A stretch of DNA of 64,000 bases. Source: Candidatus Latescibacterota bacterium. GTDB lineage: Bacteria; Latescibacterota; UBA2968; GCA-2709665. The stretch's first letter is position 1. Every line of letters starts with the position of its first letter. The notes under the pieces were generated by a model. It saw nothing but the letters and a program-made list of their open reading frames with translations, was not told the DNA's origin and did not search any database. Positions 1 to 10,600 of this stretch are shown here, in pieces. Both the position numbers and the translations under genes were made by a program. The DNA is taken from assembly GCA_963662665.2 (NCBI GenBank), contig CAXXJS010000020.1:166510-230509 (forward strand). Direction: 5' to 3'.

Positions 1-794
1 GCCATTTCAGCGACGTTGTCTGAAGTTATCCCCTTTTCTTCGGCGATGATCAGGACGTTCAGTACCCAGCGAACCACGTCGCCCCATTCATCATCGCCGT
101 GTCGAACGAGTGGCCCCAGGGGTTCTTTGGATACGATTTCAGGCAGAACAACGTGGTCATCCGGATTGTCAAAAGCCGCACGGGTTGCGGCAAGTCCCGA
201 ACGGTCCGTCGTATAGACGTCGCATCGCCCGCTAAGGTAGTTCTGACGTGCTTCTTCATTCGATTCAATTGGAACGGGCTCGTAGTTCATTTCGTTACGA
301 CGGAAAAAATCGGCCAGATTCAGTTCCGTAGTCGTACCAGTCTGAATACACACCGAAGCGCCATCGAGTTCGGTTGCGCTGGACACACCCAACGATGCGG
401 GAACCATAAACCCTTGTCCGTCGTAGAAACTCACTCCGAGAAAAGTCAGTTTGAGATCAACGTCTCGACTGTACGTCCACGTCGTGTTTCTGGAAAGTAT
501 GTCAATTTCACCTGCTTTAAGCGCCTCAAAGCGGGTCTTTCCAGTCAAGTTGGTGTATTTGACCTTTGATGCGTCACCAAATACCGCTGCTGCAACACCC
601 TCGCAAAGCGCGACGTCAAATCCTCTCCAGTTACCTTGATCGTCGGTAAAAGCAAAGCCCGCCAACCCTGTATTGATACCACATTGAAGGTGACCTTTTG
701 CCCGTACGTCCTCAAGTGTGCCTGCCTGACTATGCCCGGTTATTGCAAACCCGGCCAGAGCAAGTATAATCGAACGAATCTTGATCAGTTTCAT
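1..794 (-). CDS. aapJ: General L-amino acid ABC transporter substrate-binding protein (AapJ/BztA family), truncated by the window edge
   Basis: Not in the ORF track; translated by hand from the ATG at 794 with a GAGGAG RBS: MKLIKIRSIILALAGFAITGHSQAGTLEDVRAKGHLQCGINTGLAGFAFTDDQGNWRGFDVALC...GEIDILSRNTTWTYSRD. This is a signal peptide followed by AapJ-type motifs. Confidence 0.9.
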   Translation of the reverse strand, partial: MKLIKIRSIILALAGFAITGHSQAGTLEDVRAKGHLQCGINTGLAGFAFTDDQGNWRGFDVALCEGVAAAVFGDASKVKYTNLTGKTRFEALKAGEIDILSRNTTWTYSRDVDLKLTFLGVSFYDGQGFMVPASLGVSSATELDGASVCIQTGTTTELNLADFFRRNEMNYEPVPIESNEEARQNYLSGRCDVYTTDRSGLAATRAAFDNPDDHVVLPEIVSKEPLGPLVRHGDDEWGDVVRWVLNVLIIAEEKGITSDNVAEM

Positions 795-961
795 CTACAA
801 TCTCCTCACCGTAGGTTAACTTGCATAAACCCGCAGATCATTGACATGCAGCGAGTATGGCTCGAATAGTATACGAAGGCCAGTCATCTTTACCAAGTCG
901 AAAAGCAGCGATCAGCCGTCAGTCAAACCTCCCCCCGGCCCCGCGCTCCCACGGAGATCCT

Positions 962-2326
962 ATGAAACGCGAGCACATTTTTGCCCACTACGAACAGGAC
1001 GCGACCCGGTACTGGAAACTGAGGGAGGGCGGATACGCAAGCCCGATGAGCGTGTTCCAGGGTGACGAAATCACATTTCATATCTCGAATTCCAGATCGT
1101 ACTACGACGTGTTCGTGTACCATGAAGGCGCCGGGCGGCGTCTTGTAAAGGAGATGAACAACCTGCGCGGCGCGCTTCCTGAGATTCCCGAGTTCGGATA
1201 CCGCGACGGATTCGCCTGGCCCGCGACGGTGGGTTTCCGGATTCCCGACGACTGGAAGAGCGGTGTCTACGTTGCCAGTTTCCCCACCGCCCAGGGGACC
1301 CGCGAGATCCTGTTCGTGGTCCGTCCGCGGGTTCCCCGCGCACCGGTCCTTCTCACGATAGAGACCAACACCTATGCCGCTTACAACCCGGTGGGAGGCA
1401 AGAGCCTCTTTCACTACCTGTCCACAGATCGGACGCACAGCGACCTCGTGACGTTCGAACGGCCGCTGCAGCCCGACATCATGGGCGGGTTCTACGCCTG
1501 GGACCAGTTCATCACCTCCTGGATGGACGCCGAGGGTTATCCGGTGGACTATTGCGTTAACGCGGACCATGATCGGGAGCCGGACATTCTCGACGGCTAT
1601 GCCGCACATCTGAGGATCGGTCACGGCGAGTATACCAGCCGGGAGGAATGCGAACAGCTCCAGCGGTTCGTCGCCCGTGGCGGCAACCTGATCGTGCTGG
1701 CGGGGAACTCGTTTTCGCACCTGGTGGAGACGCGGAACAACGGACGTCAGCTCTATTGCGCCAAGACCCGGTACAAAAAGCACCCGCTGGGCACCCCGGA
1801 GGACCCGCACACGTCCCTGCTGCGCGGCATCGACAACCTTCGCCAGCGAACCATCGGGGTCTCATACTCGGCCGCCGTCCATGCGAAAACCACGACTCCA
1901 GACGTATTTATCGCGCCTACAACCGGGGAGTACGGGTTCTTCCGCGTGAGCCGTCCCGAACACTGGGCGTTCGAAGGGACCGGGTTGGAAGAAGGGGACG
2001 AGTTCGGACGCGAGGACTCCATCGTGGGCGTGGAGTGCGACGGCGGCGACATCGAATTCAGGGAAGGAAAGCCCTATTTCACCGGCAGCGACGGGATCAG
2101 CCCGCACTACAGGATCATCGCCATCGGAGACGCAGAAGACCACGGATTCAACGCGGATCTCGGTATTCACTACGACCGGTTCTACGCCACCATCGCCGTG
2201 AACGAGACGGAGTTCAAGGGGACGGTCTTCACGGCGGCAACCATGGAATGGTCGCACGGACTGTACAGGAATGACGGTCCCGTGGCGCAGATCACCCGCA
2301 ATGTCCTGGACCGTCTGGGGGGGTAA
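962..2326 (+). CDS. N,N-dimethylformamidase large (beta) subunit family domain protein
   Basis: Motifs IPDDWKSGVY, TYAAYN, GHGEY, RPEHWAFEGTGL, GVECDG, GTVFTAATMEW and QITRNVLDRL. GGAGA RBS before ATG 962 (the ORF track starts at 857). Confidence 0.8.
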   Translation: MKREHIFAHYEQDATRYWKLREGGYASPMSVFQGDEITFHISNSRSYYDVFVYHEGAGRRLVKEMNNLRGALPEIPEFGYRDGFAWPATVGFRIPDDWKSGVYVASFPTAQGTREILFVVRPRVPRAPVLLTIETNTYAAYNPVGGKSLFHYLSTDRTHSDLVTFERPLQPDIMGGFYAWDQFITSWMDAEGYPVDYCVNADHDREPDILDGYAAHLRIGHGEYTSREECEQLQRFVARGGNLIVLAGNSFSHLVETRNNGRQLYCAKTRYKKHPLGTPEDPHTSLLRGIDNLRQRTIGVSYSAAVHAKTTTPDVFIAPTTGEYGFFRVSRPEHWAFEGTGLEEGDEFGREDSIVGVECDGGDIEFREGKPYFTGSDGISPHYRIIAIGDAEDHGFNADLGIHYDRFYATIAVNETEFKGTVFTAATMEWSHGLYRNDGPVAQITRNVLDRLGG

Positions 2327-2415
2327 CCCGCGTCCGCGGACTCCCTCATGCGCCTGTCGGCCTTACTCTCATTCTGCGCTTGACTTTGTATAGGGCCGGG
2401 CCCATTATCCTCTTT

Positions 2416-3573
2416 ATGGGAAACGCCGGGTCGACGTATGACGTAGTCGTGGCCGGGCTGGGCGCGATGGGCAGCGCGGCCGTGTACCATCTGGCGAAGC
2501 GCGGTAAGCGGGTGGCGGGTTTCGACCGGTTTCATCCGCCGCACACCCGCGGATCGTCGCACGGACACGCGCGGGTGATCCGCGAGGCCTACGCCAGCGG
2601 GCCGGCCTATGTAAATCTGGTCCGGCGCGCGTACGCGTTGTGGGAAACGCTGGAAGACGAAACCGGCACGGAACTCGTAAAGACGTACGGCCACCTGTCC
2701 ATGCGGCCGCCCGGCAAAGACGAACGCCACGGGGTTCTGGAGAGTGCGCGTGCGTACAATATCCCTGTCGAGCGGGTCTCGGCGGAAGACGTGCGGCGGC
2801 GGTATCCCATGTTCCGCGTCGACGACGCCTGGGAGGGTATTTTTGAACCGAGGGCGGGCGCGGTCTTTCCGGAGGCCTGCATCGGCGCGCATCTGAGCGG
2901 GGCGGAAGCCGCAGGGGCCGAATTGAACTTCGATTGTCCCGTACAGGACTGGTCGCCCGATGGACGCGGGGTGCGGGTGAGGTCGCAGTCGGGCGCAATA
3001 TCTGCGGGCCGGCTGGTGGTCTGTGCGGGCGCCTGGGTCTCCCGGCTCGTGGCGGATCTGGCGCTCCCCGTCGAAGTCGAGCGGATGACGCTGTTCTTTT
3101 TTCGGCCGTTGCAGAACCCGGGGCTGTTCGCGCCCGAACGCTGCCCCAATAATTCCTGGACGTGCGAGAACGGCGTTTCTTTCTATTGTCAGCCTGATTT
3201 CGGCCGTGGCTTCAAAGCGGCGATGCACCGCGGGCGCCCCGGAATAGACCCGGAAACGCTCGTGCGGACGACCACCGCGGAGGATGAAGCCGAAATTCGT
3301 CCGCTGGTGGAACGGTTCATTCCCGATGCGGCGGGGCCCGTTATCGAAAGCCATGTGTGCATGTATACGAATCTTCCGGACTCGAAGTGGATTGTAGACG
3401 CCCATCCCGACCATGAACAGGTCATTATTGCCTCGCCCTGTTCGGGGCACGGGTTCAAATTTTCGTCGGTGATCGGAGAGATCGTGGCGAATATGTGTAC
3501 GGGCGAAGCCGATGAAGCGGAGCGCGGGATGTTCGGGATTTCGCCGCTTCTTGCGCGAGGACCGCGGACATGA
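2416..3573 (+). CDS. solA: N-methyl-L-tryptophan oxidase / monomeric sarcosine oxidase family flavoprotein
   Basis: GLGAMG Rossmann motif, GSSHGHARVIR, CMYT (flavinylation Cys) and CSGHGFKF. Confidence 0.85.
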   Translation: MGNAGSTYDVVVAGLGAMGSAAVYHLAKRGKRVAGFDRFHPPHTRGSSHGHARVIREAYASGPAYVNLVRRAYALWETLEDETGTELVKTYGHLSMRPPGKDERHGVLESARAYNIPVERVSAEDVRRRYPMFRVDDAWEGIFEPRAGAVFPEACIGAHLSGAEAAGAELNFDCPVQDWSPDGRGVRVRSQSGAISAGRLVVCAGAWVSRLVADLALPVEVERMTLFFFRPLQNPGLFAPERCPNNSWTCENGVSFYCQPDFGRGFKAAMHRGRPGIDPETLVRTTTAEDEAEIRPLVERFIPDAAGPVIESHVCMYTNLPDSKWIVDAHPDHEQVIIASPCSGHGFKFSSVIGEIVANMCTGEADEAERGMFGISPLLARGPRT

Positions 3574-4541
3574 CAATTCAGGATCACGTCTCCTGGGCTG
3601 ATTTCAACGACGATACGCTGCGCTTTTCGCGTGCGATCGGCGCGGACATGATCTGCCTGGATATTCGATCCATGCACAGGCTGGATCCCTCGATGGATCT
3701 TCGCGACGGCCGGGACAGTCGCCCTTTCTTTGAATCTGCCCGAAAAAGGGTGGAAGCCCAAGGCATGCAGTTGAACAGCGTCTTCATGGCAGGGTGGGAC
3801 GAACTGGCATTCGGCCTTCCCGACCGCGAAGTAAAGCTCGAGGCGTGGTGCCGGATGTTGCGCTGTCTGGGCGAGGCGGGCATACCCGCGCTGGGCTACA
3901 ACTTCAAGCCCATGGGCAACTTCCGCACGGCCTCAACGCCCCCGGGTCGGGGCGGGTCCAGATACAGCACGTTCGATTACGAGGCATTCTCGAAGAACAG
4001 GCCCGACCCGCACGATCCTCCGGTAGACGAGGCGGAGATCTGGGCGAATATGAAGACTTTTCTGGAGGGTGTCGTACCGGTGGCGGAGGAGGCTGGCGTG
4101 AGGATGGCGCTGCACCCGGACGACCCGCCAATCCCCGAACCGCTTGGCGGTGTTGCCCAGATCGTGTCCACTCTGGACCAGTACCGCCGGATCTTCGCGG
4201 CGGCGCCCGGTGACTGTAACGGGATGCTGTTCTGCCAGGGCTGCGTGACCGAAATGGGCGTGGACGTCTACGAGACCATCCGTGAAATGGGACTGTGCAA
4301 CAAGATCGTATACGTGCATTTCAGAAACGTGCGCGGGGCTCTGCCCAGTTTCCAGGAGGTTTTCCTGGATGAGGGCGACGTGAATATGCTCCGGGCGATG
4401 GAGGTCTACAAGGAGGTCGGGTTCAACGGACCGTTCATGATGGATCATACGCCGGGTATCCCCGGCGACGAGAAATCCAGGGCTGGGCACGCGTATGCCG
4501 TGGGGTACATACGCGCGCTGATACAGACGGTCTACGGATGA
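3570..4541 (+). CDS. Mannonate dehydratase (UxuA) family protein, paralogue 1
   Basis: GYNF, MALHPDDPP, FCQGC, YVHFRNV, DEGDVNM, MDH and YAVGYIRAL; 4-bp overlap with the upstream gene. Confidence 0.85.
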   Translation: MTIQDHVSWADFNDDTLRFSRAIGADMICLDIRSMHRLDPSMDLRDGRDSRPFFESARKRVEAQGMQLNSVFMAGWDELAFGLPDREVKLEAWCRMLRCLGEAGIPALGYNFKPMGNFRTASTPPGRGGSRYSTFDYEAFSKNRPDPHDPPVDEAEIWANMKTFLEGVVPVAEEAGVRMALHPDDPPIPEPLGGVAQIVSTLDQYRRIFAAAPGDCNGMLFCQGCVTEMGVDVYETIREMGLCNKIVYVHFRNVRGALPSFQEVFLDEGDVNMLRAMEVYKEVGFNGPFMMDHTPGIPGDEKSRAGHAYAVGYIRALIQTVYG

Positions 4542-4577
4542 CTATTTTCAGTTTCGTAAACTGAAGGAGTATCGAAA

Positions 4578-5531
4578 ATGTACATACAGGAACAGCTTCC
4601 ATGGGACCAGATCAATGACGATACGCTGAGTTTCTTCAAGGCGATCGGCGTGGACTACCTGACGGTGAACGCCATACCGCCGGACGTCCGTCAGGGCAGG
4701 GACCGCACGGGGTTCTGGCAGGATCTGAAAACACTGGCCGAATCCCATGGGTTGAAACTGACGAACCTTGCGGCAACCGGATGGGACGAGATATCACTCG
4801 CGCTTGCGGATCGCGACGAAAAGATCGACGCGTGGTGCCGGCTCCTGCAAAGTATGGGCAAGGTGGGCATTCCAACGCTGGGCTACAATTTCAAGCCGGC
4901 GGGCAATTTCCGTACCGAGTCCGTACCGCCCGGCCGGGGGGGCGCCAGGTACAGTACGTTCGATTACGGGAAATTTATGGTAGATCCGCCGTACTATCCC
5001 GATAAGGCGATTTCCGAGGAGAAGATCCTGGAGAACATCCGATATTTCCTGGAACGCGTTATCCCGGTGGCGGAAGAGAACAACGTTCGCATGGCGTTGC
5101 ACCCGGACGATCCGCCGATTCCGGAACCCATGGCCGGCGCGGCGAGGATCGTGTCCACCCTCGAACAATATCATCACATATTCGATATGGTCCCCAGCCG
5201 CAGCAACGCCATGTTGTTCTGCCAGGGCTGCGTGGCGGAGATGGGCGAGGATGTATGCGATGCGATCCGGAATATCGGCAGCCGGGACAAAATCGTCTAC
5301 GTGCATTTCAGGAATATCCGGGGCGGACCCAGGAGTTTTCAGGAGGTCTTCGTGGACGAGGGAGACCAGGACATGTACGAGGCGATGCGGACTTACAAGG
5401 AAGTGGGTTTCGAGGGACCGTTCATGATGGATCATACGCCGGGATTTCCGAATACGGATTCCACGTTCTGGGGGGGACGCGCGTTTGCCGTGGGGTATAT
5501 GAGGGCGCTGATCCAGGCGGTTTATCGATAG
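4578..5531 (+). CDS. Mannonate dehydratase (UxuA) family protein, paralogue 2
   Basis: Same motifs (MALHPDDPP, FCQGC, YVHFRNI, MDH); AAGGAG RBS. Confidence 0.85.
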   Translation: MYIQEQLPWDQINDDTLSFFKAIGVDYLTVNAIPPDVRQGRDRTGFWQDLKTLAESHGLKLTNLAATGWDEISLALADRDEKIDAWCRLLQSMGKVGIPTLGYNFKPAGNFRTESVPPGRGGARYSTFDYGKFMVDPPYYPDKAISEEKILENIRYFLERVIPVAEENNVRMALHPDDPPIPEPMAGAARIVSTLEQYHHIFDMVPSRSNAMLFCQGCVAEMGEDVCDAIRNIGSRDKIVYVHFRNIRGGPRSFQEVFVDEGDQDMYEAMRTYKEVGFEGPFMMDHTPGFPNTDSTFWGGRAFAVGYMRALIQAVYR

Positions 5532-5631
5532 ACATTCTGTTTCCGGACTCCCCTCGACAGAATGTCCTTCCCGGCGCCAACGGCCGGCGGGGGGTCGGAA
5601 TCCCGATATGACGTGCAGACTGGAGGCGACT

Positions 5632-6639
5632 ATGGCGAATCCGGGGAAGAAAACAAGAAAAAACACCCGGCACACGAAAACAGTACGCGTGGCGATGATC
5701 GGGGCGGGCGGTCGCGCTACCAGCGCGCACTATCCCGCTCTCAAGGCGATTGAGGGCGTCGAAATCGTTGGCGTGTCGGAATTGAGCGAACAAAGGATGG
5801 CCTCTGCCGCCGAACGTTTCGACATTCCGGGGCAGTATTCGGATTACAGGGAGATGATTCAAAAGGAAAAACCCCATGCCGTGTACGCCATCATGCCGCC
5901 ACATCATCTGTACGATATCGCGGCAACCGTGATGGAGATGGGTTGCCATCTGTTCATCGAAAAACCCCCCGCAATGACAACCGAACAGACCCGACAATTG
6001 GCGCTTATCGCACAGGAGCATGAGGTGCTCACCGGTGTGACGTTCCAGAGGCGGTTCGCGCCTGTAATCCGGTACGGGAAGGAACTCTGCGAGAAGCGTG
6101 GGGCCGTCCACAGCGCCGTGGCCACGTTCTACAAGAATGCCGTTGGAGGCGCGCCGTATTACAGGGGAGCGATCGATATCCTCACGTCCGACGCCATTCA
6201 CGCTGTAGACACGCTACGCTACCTGTGCGGCGGCGAAGTGGAATCGGTGGCCAGCGACGTCCGCCGGGCGGGCGCCACGCACACCAATATCTACCTGGCG
6301 CTGGTGACGTTCAGTTCCGGGGCCACCGGCGTGCTGCTCACCAACTGGATGACGGGGCGACGTATCTTTTCCGTGGAAATTCATTCACCCGGTATTTCGG
6401 TATTCGGGGACCCGGAAGAAGGCGGACGGGTATTCGCGGATAATAAGGACGAACCCGTGGAGGTACTCGATCCCTTCCGTCTCGGCGGCAGCGACGACAC
6501 CTGGCGCGCCTTCGGCGCGTACGACACCAACCGTCACTTTGTCGACTGTATAAGAGACGGAAAACAGCCGGAGACGTGCCTCGAAGACGCGGTAAAGACA
6601 ATGGAACTGGTGGATCGGATTTATCAGTCGCAAATTTGA
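5632..6639 (+). CDS. Gfo/Idh/MocA family oxidoreductase
   Basis: IGAGG NAD-binding motif, IEKP, FQRRF and DAIHAVD; GGAGG RBS. Confidence 0.88.
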   Translation: MANPGKKTRKNTRHTKTVRVAMIGAGGRATSAHYPALKAIEGVEIVGVSELSEQRMASAAERFDIPGQYSDYREMIQKEKPHAVYAIMPPHHLYDIAATVMEMGCHLFIEKPPAMTTEQTRQLALIAQEHEVLTGVTFQRRFAPVIRYGKELCEKRGAVHSAVATFYKNAVGGAPYYRGAIDILTSDAIHAVDTLRYLCGGEVESVASDVRRAGATHTNIYLALVTFSSGATGVLLTNWMTGRRIFSVEIHSPGISVFGDPEEGGRVFADNKDEPVEVLDPFRLGGSDDTWRAFGAYDTNRHFVDCIRDGKQPETCLEDAVKTMELVDRIYQSQI

Positions 6640-6669
6640 CCTGGACTGAATAATGCTACGAAGGATCAT

Positions 6670-6696
6670 GTACCGCGAATTGCCAATTCGCGGTAC
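6670..6696. repeat. REP-like palindrome
   Basis: GTACCGCGAATTG-C-CAATTCGCGGTAC: perfect 13-bp arms in an intergenic spacer, no U-tract. Confidence 0.65.
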
Positions 6697-6741
6697 GGCG
6701 GACCGCTCAAGGCCACGCGTTTACCGATGGAGAGGATTGAG

Positions 6742-7560
6742 ATGAAATACATTATGTTTACGAAACATCTGGAAGGTCTGGACGTGCCCGGCATCATTGC
6801 CGCGTTGAAATCGGTGGGCGTGCAGGGCGCCGACCTGTGCGTGCGCCCGGGCTATCCGGTACATCCCGGTAACGTCGAAAAAGCGCTCCCGGAAGCGGCC
6901 CGGCGGTTTGCCGATGAAGGGCTTTCCATTCCCCTGGTGACCACGCCGGGCGACTTCATCACGCCGGCGATGGATTATGCGGACCGTCTGTACGCGGCCT
7001 GCGGCGAAGCCGGCGTGAGGCATATCAAACTGGGGTACTGGCACTGGACCGCGGGGATGGATTATTGGGAAGAACTGGAGGCGGTGCGGGGCCATCTCGA
7101 AGGGTTTCAGACCCTGTCCGGGAAACACGGGGTTCAGACCGTTGTGCATAACCACTCGGGGCTTTCCATGGGGCTTAACTCCAGTGCGGCCATGAATGCG
7201 GTCAAGGGTTTCGATCCCCGGCATATCGGTGTTTTCGCAGACCCGGGGCATCTTTCCATCTGTGGAGAGCCGATTGAACTGGCGCTGGACATCGTAAAGT
7301 CGCACCTGTCGGTTGTGGCGCTCAAAGATCTGATCCGGCAGCCGACACTGCAGAACGGAAGGACAACCTGGCGCACACGGGTGGTGCGGCTGGGCGAGGG
7401 GTTTGGAGACTGGCCCGCATTGTTGCGCGCGTTCAAGGCGGTAAACTTCAACGGACCCCTGAGCTTCCATAGCGAATACAGCGGGGAACCGGTGGACACG
7501 GTTATCGATCTGGCAAGGTCGGACGTGCGGTTCTTCACCGCGCTGCGGAACGCGGGATAA
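6742..7560 (+). CDS. Sugar phosphate isomerase/epimerase (xylose isomerase-like TIM barrel)
   Basis: DLCVRPG, HNHSG, DPGH, KD, LGEGFGDW and GPLSFHSEY metal-binding motifs. Confidence 0.8.
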   Translation: MKYIMFTKHLEGLDVPGIIAALKSVGVQGADLCVRPGYPVHPGNVEKALPEAARRFADEGLSIPLVTTPGDFITPAMDYADRLYAACGEAGVRHIKLGYWHWTAGMDYWEELEAVRGHLEGFQTLSGKHGVQTVVHNHSGLSMGLNSSAAMNAVKGFDPRHIGVFADPGHLSICGEPIELALDIVKSHLSVVALKDLIRQPTLQNGRTTWRTRVVRLGEGFGDWPALLRAFKAVNFNGPLSFHSEYSGEPVDTVIDLARSDVRFFTALRNAG

Positions 7561-7585
7561 CGGGCGACCGAACCGATATACAGCG

Positions 7586-7615
7586 AAGGGCGACCCGGAA
7601 CCGGGCCGCCCTTTC
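7586..7615. terminator. Probable intrinsic terminator hairpin between convergent genes
   Basis: GAAGGGCGACCCGG-AA-CCGGGCCGCCCTTT, an imperfect GC-rich stem followed by Ts. Confidence 0.55.
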
Positions 7616-7637
7616 TCTGATATATGTAAGCGGGTAT

Positions 7638-10600
7638 TCAGTCCAGAACCGCCCTGCAATTCCCCCGGATCCGAAATCGCCCGTCGCTCTGTCTGAAGGC
7701 CGTGGCAGTTGGCGTGACCGCTACGGAGTCGCCTGGCCCAATGTCGTAGAGATAGCCGATTTCGCCGACTTTGAACCTCGCGGAAAGGTCGTGTCTGCCC
7801 ACCAGCCGGATGCCTGCGTCGCGGCGGGCGCCTGGCCGGTGCGGCGCGAGGTCCACGTCGTCAACGGGCAACCAGAGGGTGTGGTCTTTGTCCGTGAGCC
7901 ATGCGCCCCTGTAATAACCCTGGGCCCCCATATACAGGTTGGTCTTCGTGGACAGGCCCGTTCCATCCGGATTTCGACCGGTGATCACGAACCGGCCTAT
8001 CCGGAAACTGTCGGTGCCGAAGCGGATGCGATACCGCCCGCCCCTGCCTTCCACGGCGGTGATATTGTAGGCTGTGCCGCGCCGGGCGTTTCCGATGCGG
8101 GCGACTTCACCCTTGAGGCCCGCTCTTCGAAAGGCCTGGCTTCCGCGATCCCGTTCCACGACAATCGAGGAAGATTCCGGATCGATTTCTGCAATATGCC
8201 CGTGAAGGGTTCCGGGTATGGAGAGTGTACGTCCGTCGGCGCCGATGCTGCCCGGGCCGGACAGGTGCAGGTAGACCAGATTCCCGTCCGCATCGTTTCG
8301 AACGATTCCAAGGCTGCCTCCGGAAGGTCCGGGGGCGTGGCGGATCGTGTCTTCTCCGTATTGATGTTTAACCTTAAGCGTCAGGCTATCGTCTTCGGCA
8401 TCCAGCTGCTCTATGGCGTGGATCTTTTTGCTACCCTTAAAGGGTTCATGTACGGCCACAAACCGGCTGGCGACTCCGTCGCCTCCGTTACGCAGAAGTA
8501 CGTAGGTGAGCTGCTTCGGGTTGCCCGGTTTTCTGGGGGGATCTCCGTGTGCGACAATGGCTTCGTCCGAGGGAAGGTACGTTGTATTAAGGCCGATGCC
8601 GGTCTTTCCGTCACGCCACGTTGAGGACCACGTCGATGCCGGACTCCCGTGTTGCACGTCGTACAGATAGGAGTAGCCGCCTCCCCGGTAGGTGTAGTAT
8701 GAGCGGCCCTTCCTTAACGGGTCGGTAAGGCCGTCGTCGTCATAAATGGCGCCGTAAGGCACGTCCCGGCCGGCAAGCGTTCCCTGTTGCTGCGGAGGGG
8801 TGAGTTCAATGCCGTCCGCCGTGAATTCACTCTCGAATCCGTGCAGGCTGTAGTCGTGTTGCGCTCCCCCCGCCACGCGGAAGCAGTCCAGGACATAGCG
8901 GGCGTCCTTTGCGATTTCGATAAGCGCGACGGTCCGCCGGTATTCGGAAGTATGGTGATAGGTTTCCGGGGCGTCCACCTGCACCCAGGTCAGACCGCTG
9001 GTGCACACGAACTGCTCCAGCCTGCCGGGCCCCTGCGTATCCTGCCTTCGTTGGTCGACAACGACAGTGGCGTGGGCCACCGTGTTCTTTGTCCATATCG
9101 CAGGCCGGTCTCCCTCGGCGGCGTGTTCGCCGTAACCGAGGTCCGGGATGAGTTTTTTGCCGTACGCAAAGAGTTCGACGTTGAGTCGGTCGAAATGTGC
9201 GTGTTCGGTGGCCGCCCGTCCGTAGTACAGCGTCACGGCCGTGCGTTCGCGCCCTCTTCCGGACCGCAGCAGGGCGAGGCCGCAGCCGCCCATAAGCCGG
9301 CTCTTCGTGGTCATCTCCCTGAGTTCTGCGGCGCCATTTTCGTGCGGGGAGAGCGCCAACGTTTCTTCCAGCAGGCACTCGAAGCCGGTGACCCCGGTTT
9401 CCTGTCTTCGAAGAAGCTCGCCGACAAAGGGGTCGCCCGTTGCTCTGTACGCCGCCTGCAGGGTATCGCTTCCGAGGGCTACGTGGCCGCCAATCGTCGT
9501 TCCGGCGTCGCCAATGCACGGGGTGAAGCGATCCAGGCACGTCATTTCCGCCGCCCAGCGGTACATACGCCGGAACTTCGGCCTGTCCCAGATCCGAACG
9601 CCCTGTTTTTCCAACAGGCGGGCGATAACCGTGAGGTGCGTGACCCAGCTGCTGTTGTAACTGGGGGAACTCTCCCATCCCATCCCCTCACGGAAGATAA
9701 GATTGTCCAGGGCGAAGTTGATCCCTTCGGCGTGGGCTGCCTTGTCCCGAAATACGTACCCGTCGAAACAGGTGAGCATCTCCTTGAGTTCCGTGGCTTC
9801 CCCCGTGTTATTCAACGTCCAATCTACGGCTCTGTCGATTTCGTTGCGGTCTCCTGACGCGAGCGCGGCAATCAGCAGGGCTTCCTGGTGTCCGCCATAG
9901 TTGCTCCGGACGTGCCCCCTGTAGATTCCGTCGAGGCTCGCACCGATAATGCCGGTATCGAGCTTCCTTCGAAATCCGTCGGCATCCGAGCCGAACACGG
10001 GGTCGTAGGGGATGGCGCCGCGAACGGCGTCCAGCGCCTGGCAGAGCCGGCGAACGGTCCCGGATTCGGAAATGAGATCATTCATTTTTCCTGTATAGCC
10101 GGGTGAGAACTCCAGGGCGTACATGGATTGCCTGCTGTAATCCATGTGTGGATAGACCTCCGCGAGGCGATCCAGAATAACGAGCGCCTTGTTGGCGTAT
10201 CGGCCGTCGCCGCTGAGCAGATAGGCCTGTCCAAGGGAGGTAAGGCCGGCCATCACCGCGTTCCAGATACTACAACAACAATAGGCGATGAACCAGTGGC
10301 GAAAGGGCCCGTCAGCGCCTTGCCAACCCCAGCCGTCGTCCGCGTACGGGCCGGTAAGCAGGCTCCGGTCCTCCATGCCGCTCTCATAGAATGCCTCAAA
10401 GTCATTGCTGGGATAGGATTCGCCGCCTATGGCGCAGGTCACGCGCCATTTGTCCTTGAACGGATCGTGTTTCCAACCGCCCTGGGCGTATCCGCCGTAC
10501 CCGTTCGGACCGCTGCCGTGGACCGGACAGCCGCTGACGAAGTTGATGGTCCAGCTGCGAGGTACGTCAGGACTCGGCATCAGCCTGCGGATTAAATCCT

